A DNA stretch of 28,731 nt from Candidatus Micrarchaeota archaeon (lineage in GTDB: Archaea; Micrarchaeota; Micrarchaeia; Anstonellales; Bilamarchaeaceae). The stretch is taken from contig JBBSVO010000008.1 of NCBI GenBank assembly GCA_038046805.1, positions 1 to 28,731 of the forward strand, given 5' to 3'. Positions 1 to 7,729 of this stretch are shown here, piece by piece. Both the position numbers and the translations under genes were made by a program. How positions within the stretch are numbered: the stretch's first letter is position 1; each line of letters starts with the position of its first letter. Below the pieces are notes generated by a model that did not search any database, had not been told where the DNA came from, and saw nothing but the letters and a program-made list of their open reading frames with translations.

Positions 1-112
1 CTTCGAGAGAAGTGAACGAAACGTCGTTCACTCGGATTGAGAAGATTAGGAAATAATCTTCGAGAGAAGTGAACGAAACGTCGTTCACTCGGATTGAGAA
101 GATTAGGAAATA
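1..112. repeat. 57-bp-period tandem direct repeat with internal hairpin, overlapping the stop codon of the adjacent gene
   Basis: 1-55 is identical to 58-112. Each unit has a 9-bp stem AGTGAACGA/TCGTTCACT (11-19/24-32). The repeat may continue beyond the window edge. Confidence 0.9.
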
Positions 113-1215
113 GTATCCTTATGTCTTAGGCACCAGCTTATTGCATTGGCCCCTACGCGATTCCGGATATGGGAAGGAATGCAAAGCAGGACTGCATCAG
201 CAATGTCGTTTCTCAATGAATAACCAAGTTCTGTTGTTTCCGAGACTGCTCTTAAAAATTCGCGTGGAATGTCAGAATGTTTTCTTATTTTTCTCCCATC
301 TAAAAAAAGCATATTCGCCCCGGGAACATATTCGCATGCAAACCCTCCAGCATTACTCGTATATATGATTCGACCATTCTCAAGAATGCTGAATACACCT
401 TCAGATGCAGTTAACAGCCTTCTGCCATCAACTCCAGCCTGCTCCTTGGCAGGTCCTTTTTTCCTTAGCCCATTATAGTCTTCTATGAATCTTTCGGCAA
501 TTTCACGTGTCGCACTGGTTCTTTGCCGCATCGCACTTATTGCGGAAACAAACGCATTCGGAACATCTTCGCGATATACTATCGGTTTTCTGGAAACAAG
601 AATTTGCCGGTCCTGAGATGAGTAGCTGCAGATTGCCCCGTTCTGCGCTCTGAAAACTGTTGTTTTTGTCTGCAGATTTACATTTACCACCCCAACAGAA
701 GTTAAAATAGACAGCCATGGAATACGTGCCCTATTGTCTTCCGTCTGTTGATAGCCAGTACCAGGTACAGTTTCTCTGAGAGACTCTTCCAGCGGCTTGC
801 GCGTGGAAAATTGTGCAAACGGCAATAGTTCATGTGTGAAGAAATCCGCGTTCCACTTATTCGCGGCAAACAATACCAAAACAGATTCTCCCTTGGAAGC
901 ATTATTCGGATTCAGGAGAAGCTGGACTTCGTCACCATCATAACCCTTAATACTCTTGTGTTCTACCCTTACCCCTACAACCAAGAACCCGTTGTTTCCA
1001 GTATTTCTAAGATACATCTCTGCAATATTGACCATTTCGTCTGCGGCCCGGGTGCGCTCCTCCCTGATTCCTATGAATATGAAGTTGGTTTTATCCCGCA
1101 ATTCCGCTGCGCTGAGACGCACGAATCCTGCAGCATTCCACATGCTAACTGTATGATGCTGTAAATGTCGTGCTATTTTTTCGATTTCGCGGTGCCGCGC
1201 TGCTTTTTGGGCCAT
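103..1215 (-). CDS. Hypothetical protein (~370 aa) with an apparent internal duplication in the C-terminal half
   Basis: Long ORF. ATG at 1215 (MAQKAAR) lies ~25 nt from the TTTTAAAA box at 1240-1247. No family recognised. Confidence 0.7.
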   Translation of the reverse strand: MAQKAARHREIEKIARHLQHHTVSMWNAAGFVRLSAAELRDKTNFIFIGIREERTRAADEMVNIAEMYLRNTGNNGFLVVGVRVEHKSIKGYDGDEVQLLLNPNNASKGESVLVLFAANKWNADFFTHELLPFAQFSTRKPLEESLRETVPGTGYQQTEDNRARIPWLSILTSVGVVNVNLQTKTTVFRAQNGAICSYSSQDRQILVSRKPIVYREDVPNAFVSAISAMRQRTSATREIAERFIEDYNGLRKKGPAKEQAGVDGRRLLTASEGVFSILENGRIIYTSNAGGFACEYVPGANMLFLDGRKIRKHSDIPREFLRAVSETTELGYSLRNDIADAVLLCIPSHIRNRVGANAISWCLRHKDTIS

Positions 1216-1239
1216 CGTGTCTTTTATGCTTGGCAAGCA

Positions 1240-1248
1240 TTTTAAAAA
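1240..1248. promoter_or_regulatory. Probable bidirectional TATA box
   Basis: Palindromic TTTTAAAA centred between divergent ATGs at 1215 (-) and 1272 (+), each ~24-25 nt away, as expected for leaderless archaeal transcripts. Confidence 0.55.
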
Positions 1249-1271
1249 CATTATCATAAAAGAATTATAAC

Positions 1272-1832
1272 ATGTACAAACGATTACTTGGTTTTACCAT
1301 ACTAACCGCGGTCGCATGCGGACCTGCAAGGCACGAGATATCCCAGACAGGTGTTTTGACTGAAGGAACCGCTAAACAGGCAAACCCACCGCAATTTGTC
1401 TACAACTCCACGCTAATCACCGGAAAGGGCGGGGTGTATGTAATCGCGACACCGAACCGCATAGCGGTCAGAACCGTAGGTGAGCATCCCTGGACCGAAT
1501 GGAACAACGATGACGGACGCGGCTTCATCAAAGGAGAAACAAAGCGCATACTGGAAACAGGAAATCGGGTTTACCTTCTCACAACTGCCGGATTTTTGTA
1601 TTCCTTTACGCCAGGCAAACATACATTGCGTAGGATTAATGTTTTTCCAGAACCAACCGGAGAAATGGAATTGATGAACTATACCGGGAACGATGGCAGA
1701 TATGACGTCACAGTAGTTGATGGCAAGAACGTTGCATTCGTGAAATGCCCTGATGGTGAAATAGATTGCAGGATAAGACAGATGGATGGGGATAAACTCG
1801 AAGATGCAGTAGCAACACCAGATAGATGGTAA
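1272..1832 (+). CDS. Putative lipoprotein, beta-rich
   Basis: MYKR + hydrophobic stretch + AVAC lipobox-like signal. The mature part is rich in predicted beta-strands. Confidence 0.65.
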   Translation: MYKRLLGFTILTAVACGPARHEISQTGVLTEGTAKQANPPQFVYNSTLITGKGGVYVIATPNRIAVRTVGEHPWTEWNNDDGRGFIKGETKRILETGNRVYLLTTAGFLYSFTPGKHTLRRINVFPEPTGEMELMNYTGNDGRYDVTVVDGKNVAFVKCPDGEIDCRIRQMDGDKLEDAVATPDRW

Positions 1833-1905
1833 TGAAAATAGAACCGAAAAAACAAGACCCGAAACAGAAAACAGGAAACTGAAAACGGTCAGTTGAACAG
1901 CTTAC

Positions 1906-1978
1906 GGTTGCACCCATTCAATCGAGAAAATTCAGAAATTTTCGAGAGCATGGGTGCTAAGGTTGCACCCATTCAATC
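1906..1978. repeat. Duplication of the endA 3' end with intervening inverted repeat
   Basis: GGTTGCACCCATTCAATC at both 1906-1923 and 1961-1978. An inverted partial copy ATGGGTGC sits at 1950-1957. Confidence 0.85.
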
Positions 1979-3138
1979 TCGAAATATTCATACTCGCTTC
2001 CTGGCAAATCAAGCCTTTTGATTGCATAATACGTCACAGAGCTTTCCCTGTCTGAAATTGCCATCAGCATATCCAATTCAAAGTGCTTGCATTCAAATAA
2101 TGCCTTTGCCAATTCCTCTCCGCCGATATATTCATCCTCTGTGAGCGATAACATGAGATATTTGGGCGAATTCTCCTTTGGGTTTTCTATCCCGTCCTTT
2201 TTGCGATGATAGAGAAGGAAGTCCAAGCGCGGATGCTTTGGATTTACCTTTATGTCCAGTTTCTTTCCCGGAATAGCAAGAATAAATGTCTTTTTCACAG
2301 AATGCGCAACCCGGATTGCACGCGCCCATTCCGAGATAATCAGCTTGCTCTTTCGGGGAAATACATGAATAACATGACGGGAATGCATCCATTCATCGCC
2401 CTCGCGAATTGGAGATGCGCCTGGAAAATAAATCCTGAAATGAGTTCCGAACTTGAATCCTGTTTTGACTACATAACCACGTTTACGCCAGTCCTCATAA
2501 ACAGAGTACATATCATCGAAATATTTTATGCGCTCATCTGCCGCGGAAACAACAGAATCTGGCTTCGCGTTTCTGAGGCTGAGTCCGCCATGCTTGGCAA
2601 GATAAATCGTTTCATAAACATCAAGTTTTGAAATTTTCCCCCGATGGGCTGCTTTATATGTTCCGAACTGACCAATCCAGTATTTTTCATAAAGGTCTTT
2701 TCCAACAAGCTCATCATCAACGATGGTAAGAAGGTCGTCAGGAAAAAAAAGGCCAGTGAATGAATACGAATCAAGCTTTAACTTCTCGGATTTGTACCGT
2801 TTTGCTCCGCCCCGACCATATTTCCCGTCACTTTTAATTTCAGTAGCATTGCGGAGAATAAGGCCTTTGTCACGCCAATCTTTATACGTAAGATAGCGAG
2901 CAAGTGCTTTTGGATTTTTTGCATAAAATTCGGCGACATCATTGAATGAGAAGGTGTTTCCGCTTTCGTCAAAGCATTTTCCATTGCGGATATCCATTAT
3001 GTACAGCACTTCTTCTGGCTCAAGATAAATAATGCCCTTGCGCATACGCCCATAAAAACCGTTTGAAAGGGAAGAAACGTCTTCTGCTTCCTTGACACAT
3101 ATCTCCCCGCTTTTCCGGTTAAGCTCTAACCTAATCAC
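1957..3138 (-). CDS. endA: tRNA-intron (splicing) endonuclease, three-unit epsilon2/ARMAN-like
   Basis: GYVVKTGFKFGTHFRIY, HS and RVAHSVKK motifs give the Tyr/His/Lys triad. Duplicated N-subdomain (EPEEVLY..YKDWRDKG and DVYETIY..YEDWRKRG). 393 aa. GTYK loop at residues ~159-162. Confidence 0.93.
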   Translation of the reverse strand: MIRLELNRKSGEICVKEAEDVSSLSNGFYGRMRKGIIYLEPEEVLYIMDIRNGKCFDESGNTFSFNDVAEFYAKNPKALARYLTYKDWRDKGLILRNATEIKSDGKYGRGGAKRYKSEKLKLDSYSFTGLFFPDDLLTIVDDELVGKDLYEKYWIGQFGTYKAAHRGKISKLDVYETIYLAKHGGLSLRNAKPDSVVSAADERIKYFDDMYSVYEDWRKRGYVVKTGFKFGTHFRIYFPGASPIREGDEWMHSRHVIHVFPRKSKLIISEWARAIRVAHSVKKTFILAIPGKKLDIKVNPKHPRLDFLLYHRKKDGIENPKENSPKYLMLSLTEDEYIGGEELAKALFECKHFELDMLMAISDRESSVTYYAIKRLDLPGSEYEYFEIEWVQP

Positions 3139-3213
3139 AAGTATGAATGTGGGACGACAGGATTAAAAAACGTTAGCGTGAGAACTTAGTGAAGATGCAT
3201 GGTTGGTGTTATT

Positions 3214-3945
3214 ATGAATAATGGAAAACTGCTTATAGCGATTTTGCTTGTTTTTGGAATTTTATTGGCCGGTTGTATAAATTTAGGTGGACCGCAGGAT
3301 ACTGCGAAAACCACGGATAAAACAGGAAAGACTGGTGGAAGCGAAAGCGTTCCGACTGCAAAAAGACCAGTATTCACAATTATGTCTCCAAACGGCGGTG
3401 AAATAATTGAAACCGATGGAGAAACAGCAGACGTAAAAGTAACACTTGGTACCATAGGACTTGTTATAAAAAATCCCGGCGGAAAGGCAAAGGCAGGAGA
3501 AGGACATTTCCATATCTGGGTAGATGATGGAAAATCAATCGTGGTTTCAAGTAAAACATACACGCTTCAGAATGTTCCATTAGGAGAACACACACTTAAC
3601 GTGGAACTGATAAACAATGACCACACTTCTTATATCCCAAAAATAATGAAAACCGCTGCATTTACTGTTGAAAAGGCAAAACCAAAGGAAGGGGAAGTAT
3701 TCAAGGTAAAGGTGAATGAATTCAGCTATGAGCCAAAGGACATAACCATTGCAGTTGGAGACACAATCGTATGGGAGAATATTGGAAAGATGCCCCATAC
3801 CGCAACGAAGACTGGTAAGGATGGATTTGACACGGGTTCAATAAAAAGCGGGGAATCAAAAGCAGTAAAGATGACCACAGTTGGTTCATACGAATACAGC
3901 TGCACATTCCATCCAAATATGAAGGGAAGGATTGCAGTGAAGTAA
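3214..3945 (+). CDS. Lipoprotein with a His-rich beta domain and a C-terminal plastocyanin/azurin-type cupredoxin domain
   Basis: LLAGC lipobox. GEGHFHIWVDD and NNDH motifs. Type-1 Cu ligands in MPHTAT and YSCTFHPNM. Start is 3214 (after GGTG) or 3199. Confidence 0.85.
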   Translation: MNNGKLLIAILLVFGILLAGCINLGGPQDTAKTTDKTGKTGGSESVPTAKRPVFTIMSPNGGEIIETDGETADVKVTLGTIGLVIKNPGGKAKAGEGHFHIWVDDGKSIVVSSKTYTLQNVPLGEHTLNVELINNDHTSYIPKIMKTAAFTVEKAKPKEGEVFKVKVNEFSYEPKDITIAVGDTIVWENIGKMPHTATKTGKDGFDTGSIKSGESKAVKMTTVGSYEYSCTFHPNMKGRIAVK

Positions 3946-3954
3946 CACATCCTG

Positions 3955-3985
3955 CTATTTTCTTTATTTTGTTTTTAATTTTTCA
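3955..3985 (+). terminator. T-rich archaeal-type terminator tract
   Basis: Multiple T runs directly after the cupredoxin stop codon. Confidence 0.5.
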
Positions 3986-3987
3986 AT

Positions 3988-4638
3988 CTAACTACTTTGA
4001 CCGCTCTTCAACTGCGCAGTTCGTATATTTTTAGTTATGGATGATTCGAATTGGCATGCTGAAAGTAGCGCTGCGATCGCGCATACTACGGCAATTACTC
4101 CGTTTACGATTTGACGTTTCTGGTCAGGAGGATTAGGAACTATAAATGATGTTAAAAACGCTGTTGAACCGAAGCCTGCAACAATAGTATGATTAAATTG
4201 AATAGTTTTCCACGCACCATCTATGAATTTTAGTATTTTCGGCAGTAAACTAATATGAAGAGTGAAAAGACCAATAATTGATGCATTACTCGAGAATTGA
4301 GGAAGATTGCCCAACGCAGACTGGCTGGTTATGACTGCAAAGACAATTCCACCAACCGCAGCTCCTGCCAGTGAACGTCTAAAGAATTGCCTGGCTCCCA
4401 GTGCTTTTTCTTGCAGATTTTCTCTTTTTCTAAGGACATCACTTATATTTACTTCTTCAAATATGCAGCCAGCCTTGCGCTCACAACCCACTACAGGAGA
4501 TGCTTCAGGTAGCCGAGCCTTGAGATCAGAAAGGCCAACCCCTTGCGGACCTTCGTGTATTGGAGGTTTTATAGTACAGATGCGCGCTAGGAATATGCTT
4601 GGACACTGATTTAATTTCGGTTTTTCAACTACATTCAT
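3988..4638 (-). CDS. Hypothetical membrane protein (about 4 hydrophobic segments)
   Basis: ATG at 4638 (MNVVEK) lies ~23 nt after a TTTAAAAA box. Hydrophobic helices in the C-terminal half. Confidence 0.65.
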   Translation of the reverse strand: MNVVEKPKLNQCPSIFLARICTIKPPIHEGPQGVGLSDLKARLPEASPVVGCERKAGCIFEEVNISDVLRKRENLQEKALGARQFFRRSLAGAAVGGIVFAVITSQSALGNLPQFSSNASIIGLFTLHISLLPKILKFIDGAWKTIQFNHTIVAGFGSTAFLTSFIVPNPPDQKRQIVNGVIAVVCAIAALLSACQFESSITKNIRTAQLKSGQSS

Positions 4639-4679
4639 TATGGGATTATGTGGTAAAAGATTTTTAAATGTATGAGAGA

Positions 4680-4964
4680 TCAGTACTCGATCTCCACATC
4701 CCCTTTTATTACTCTCAACTGGCATGCGAGCCTCTGGTTAGGATTCGCATTCTTTTTGGAAAGAAGATTTATTTCATCCTGATTTTTTGGGACGATATTT
4801 TCCGAACCACGCGTGATTGAACACAGACAGATTCCGCATTTTCCCTGCCCGCAACCGAACATCAATGAAGAATTCTTTTGCAGGGATTCCTTCAGTGCTG
4901 AACCATCGGAAATTTCGAACGAAACACCTTCATTTTTCACAGTAATCCTGGCTATATAAATCAA
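4680..4964 (-). CDS. [2Fe-2S] ferredoxin
   Basis: CGQGKCGIC (Cx4Cx2C) plus RLACQ. Start codon uncertain (TTG at 4964 or ATA at 4955). Confidence 0.9.
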   Translation of the reverse strand: MIYIARITVKNEGVSFEISDGSALKESLQKNSSLMFGCGQGKCGICLCSITRGSENIVPKNQDEINLLSKKNANPNQRLACQLRVIKGDVEIEY

Positions 4965-4979
4965 CTCCCGCCATCGCGA

Positions 4980-6455
4980 TTATTTTTTAGCCGCAAGCCT
5001 TTCAAGTGCAGAGACAACTAGACGAACGCCAATTCCACTCGCACCTTTTTCCATATATGGATGCGCGGATTTTATGTTATCTACTCCTGCAATGTCAAGA
5101 TGCGCCCATTTGCATTCTCCGACAAATTCCTGGAGGAATTTAGCCGCGGTTATTGGCCCAGCCTCTCCACTTTCACTTCCTACGTTCTTTATGTCAGCAA
5201 AATCGCCTTTTATCATTTCAGCATAGTCTTTCCATAAGGGCATTCTCCAAACGCGTTCGTGGGTTTTCTCTCCTGCACTGATCAGTGCTGAGGCAACTTC
5301 ATCATCATTGCTGAATAACCCTGCCGCGTATGGTCCGAGGGCCATGATAATGGCACCAGTAAGCGTTGCCAGATCAATTATTGCGTCCGGCTTCTTCTCA
5401 GCTGCAAATGCAAGCGCATCACCAAGAATCAGGCGACCTTCAGCATCTGTATTCAGAACTTCCACAGTTTTTCCGTTATACATTGTGATTATGTCTCCAG
5501 GTTTTTGCGCACTTCCAGATGGCATATTTTCAGTTGCTGGCATTAAACCAGTAAGGCGAATTGGAAGCCCAAGCTCTGCTGCAGCCTTGACTATTCCGAG
5601 CGTGCAGACCGCGCCGGTCTTGTCATATTTCATCTCTTGCATTCCTTTGCTCGGCTTGATTGAAATTCCGCCAGAATCAAAGGTTATCCCTTTTCCAACA
5701 ACACAATAGTGCGGGAGCTTCTTGTCTTTATTGTATTCTAGCATTATTAGAACTGGCGGCAGGTCACTTCCCTGATTTACTGCAAGGATTCCGTTCATTC
5801 CCGCTTTTTTCAAAGCATCCTTTTCATAAATTGTGCATGAAATATTTGGATTTTTGGACAATTCTTTTGCAAATTCAGCGAGTTTTTGAGGAGTAACGAT
5901 ATTTGCCGGGTTTTCATTTATGTCCCGCACGTAATTTTGTGCACCGGCGAGAATGGAACCCCGATTTACTGCTGCTTCAACTCCTTTTATATCTGCAGAA
6001 ACAATAGAAAATTCCTTTGGTTCAAATTCCGGCTCTGTATCCGCACCTTTTTTTGACTTGAATTTCGTGCATTTGTAGTTGGAAAGCAATGCACCTTCGG
6101 CAATTGCCTGTGCAATTTCTGTTTTCTGGAAGGTTTTGATTTCCGGAACAATTGCACAAACAATAGCAGATTGGGTTGATTTTGAAGCCCTGACTGCGGA
6201 ACCTGCGAATGCGCGGAACCCGTCAAGCACCAGCTCTTTTTCTTCTCCAAGCCCGAACAAAAGCAGGTATTTCCATTTTCCTTTTCCTAAAGTATCCAGA
6301 AGAAGGATCTGTTTTTCTTTTCCATCAAAAACTTCCTTGCGGATTGACTTCGTAAACTCAGCAAGCTCCTTGGGAAGCTGCGCTCCCTGAAACACCGAAA
6401 CCGCGAGCAAATCGCACGGAATATCAAAATTTCCTTTTTTCACTGTAACCTGCAT
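4980..6455 (-). CDS. pepA: Leucyl aminopeptidase (M17 family)
   Basis: VGKGITFDSGG, MKYDK, NTDAEGRL, DLATLTGA and WAHLDIAG motifs. AAGGTGA RBS precedes the ATG at 6455. Confidence 0.96.
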   Translation of the reverse strand: MQVTVKKGNFDIPCDLLAVSVFQGAQLPKELAEFTKSIRKEVFDGKEKQILLLDTLGKGKWKYLLLFGLGEEKELVLDGFRAFAGSAVRASKSTQSAIVCAIVPEIKTFQKTEIAQAIAEGALLSNYKCTKFKSKKGADTEPEFEPKEFSIVSADIKGVEAAVNRGSILAGAQNYVRDINENPANIVTPQKLAEFAKELSKNPNISCTIYEKDALKKAGMNGILAVNQGSDLPPVLIMLEYNKDKKLPHYCVVGKGITFDSGGISIKPSKGMQEMKYDKTGAVCTLGIVKAAAELGLPIRLTGLMPATENMPSGSAQKPGDIITMYNGKTVEVLNTDAEGRLILGDALAFAAEKKPDAIIDLATLTGAIIMALGPYAAGLFSNDDEVASALISAGEKTHERVWRMPLWKDYAEMIKGDFADIKNVGSESGEAGPITAAKFLQEFVGECKWAHLDIAGVDNIKSAHPYMEKGASGIGVRLVVSALERLAAKK

Positions 6456-6534
6456 TGTAATCACCTTACGGATTGAATAGGAAAAGAAGGAATAAAAACG
6501 AAACTGGGAACGCGAAACTCGGAACAATAATAAA

Positions 6535-6722
6535 TGCGACCGCCGGGGTTCGAACCCGGGTCACGAGATTTTTGATCCCCAGCCCTTGTTTTTCAGTTCT
6601 GGGATGGCAATCTCGAATCCTACCAATGTCCAAACCGAGTGACTTATGCAACCTCATGGCTTTTCGATGAAACGTTTTGCCATATGGCTTCTGAGGTCAA
6701 AAGGTTCCTAGACTACAGTCGC
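6535..6722 (-). tRNA. tRNA-Gly(GCC) with two introns: 82 nt at position 15/16 (6626-6707) and 35 nt at 37/38 (6570-6604)
   Basis: The spliced product GCGACTG TA GTCT AGTGGTA GGAT T CGAGA TTGCCAA TCTCG TGAC CCGGG TTCGAAC CCCGG CGGTCGC A (71 nt) forms a full cloverleaf. Anticodon at 6608-6606. CCA is not encoded. Confidence 0.92.
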
Positions 6723-6798
6723 AAGTTCTATTGAGTATGATAAGAAAAAGATAAAAAGGGCATATTTTCGCTGCAAAAGGCTGTAGCGCGGGTTTGTC

Positions 6799-7101
6799 TT
6801 AGCGAATTCCTTTAACAAAACACATCCACGCAGCTGCAACGTAAATATCTTCTGTGTCGTTGCTGTTCCCGAAATAACGTCTTGCATTTCCCATGCTGGA
6901 AAGCTCTCCGCCACTTGTGCTCAGGACGCTTCCTTTTTCAACCGTGGCTATGACCGTACCATACTGATTGCATACCGAATTCCCTTTTATCCAAATAAGC
7001 TCTCCGCCGGTTGCATCGCAGATTGCATTTGATTCAATTTTCCCAAGGTATTCCCCGCCACTTTTGTGGATAGAACGCCCATCAAAGTAAAAGTCTTCCA
7101 T
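6799..7101 (-). CDS. Small beta-hairpin-repeat protein, possibly beta-flower-like
   Basis: GGTGA RBS. Four ~16-aa repeats of type (I/V)xxxxGxx(L/I)xx(I/V) followed by a hydrophobic C-terminal helix. Confidence 0.7.
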   Translation of the reverse strand: MEDFYFDGRSIHKSGGEYLGKIESNAICDATGGELIWIKGNSVCNQYGTVIATVEKGSVLSTSGGELSSMGNARRYFGNSNDTEDIYVAAAWMCFVKGIR

Positions 7102-7188
7102 TTAATCACCACAAATAAATATTTTGAGAAAGGATATACAGATTATCTTTAAATAGATTGATGCGGAAAAAGAATGTGCGCGATTTTT

Positions 7189-7728
7189 ATGATAAAAACA
7201 AAAAAGGCACTTATTGTGATTGATGTCCAGAACTATTTCATAAACGAGCATACGGAGCAAATACCTGGTAAAATCGCCGAGTATATCCGCACTAATAAAA
7301 GCGAATATGAGATAGTTTTGTTCACTAAATTCGTGAATAGTGATAAATCAAATTTTTTCCGCTCGCATGGATGGGATAAATGCGCAGAATCTCCTGAAAC
7401 AGATATACACCATACACTTACCAGGATTGTAGACAACGGAAATTCGCACGTATTTGTAAAGGACACTTTTTCTGCATTTAAGAATGAAAAGCTGGTCGGG
7501 TTGCTCCGCGAAAACGGGATAACTGAAATCCATTTATGCGGAACTGATACTGAGGCATGTGTTCTTTCTTCTGCCTATGATGCATTTGATCTTGGCTTTA
7601 AAGTGAAGGTACTAACCGATTTATGTGGAACAATGAATGGAGCAGAATTCCACGAATCCGCGAAAAAGATAATTGAATGGACTTTTGAACGGCCAACTGC
7701 AAATAATGCACGAAAAACTATGCCCTGA
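7189..7728 (+). CDS. Isochorismatase/nicotinamidase-family cysteine hydrolase
   Basis: ALIVIDVQ (Asp), FVKDTFSAF (Lys) and GTDTEACV (Cys) form the triad. Start is 7189 or 7174. Confidence 0.92.
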   Translation: MIKTKKALIVIDVQNYFINEHTEQIPGKIAEYIRTNKSEYEIVLFTKFVNSDKSNFFRSHGWDKCAESPETDIHHTLTRIVDNGNSHVFVKDTFSAFKNEKLVGLLRENGITEIHLCGTDTEACVLSSAYDAFDLGFKVKVLTDLCGTMNGAEFHESAKKIIEWTFERPTANNARKTMP

Positions 7729-7729
7729 C

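Noticed and set aside
1..112. CRISPR array
   Set aside because: The entire 57-bp unit is repeated with no unique spacers, and there are no cas genes in the window.
6456..6914. ORFs 6466-6657, 6473-6670, 6708-6914 and the pepA extension to 6527
   Set aside because: They overlap the tRNA gene, its T-rich trailer or the 6799-7101 gene. pepA has a clear RBS before 6455.
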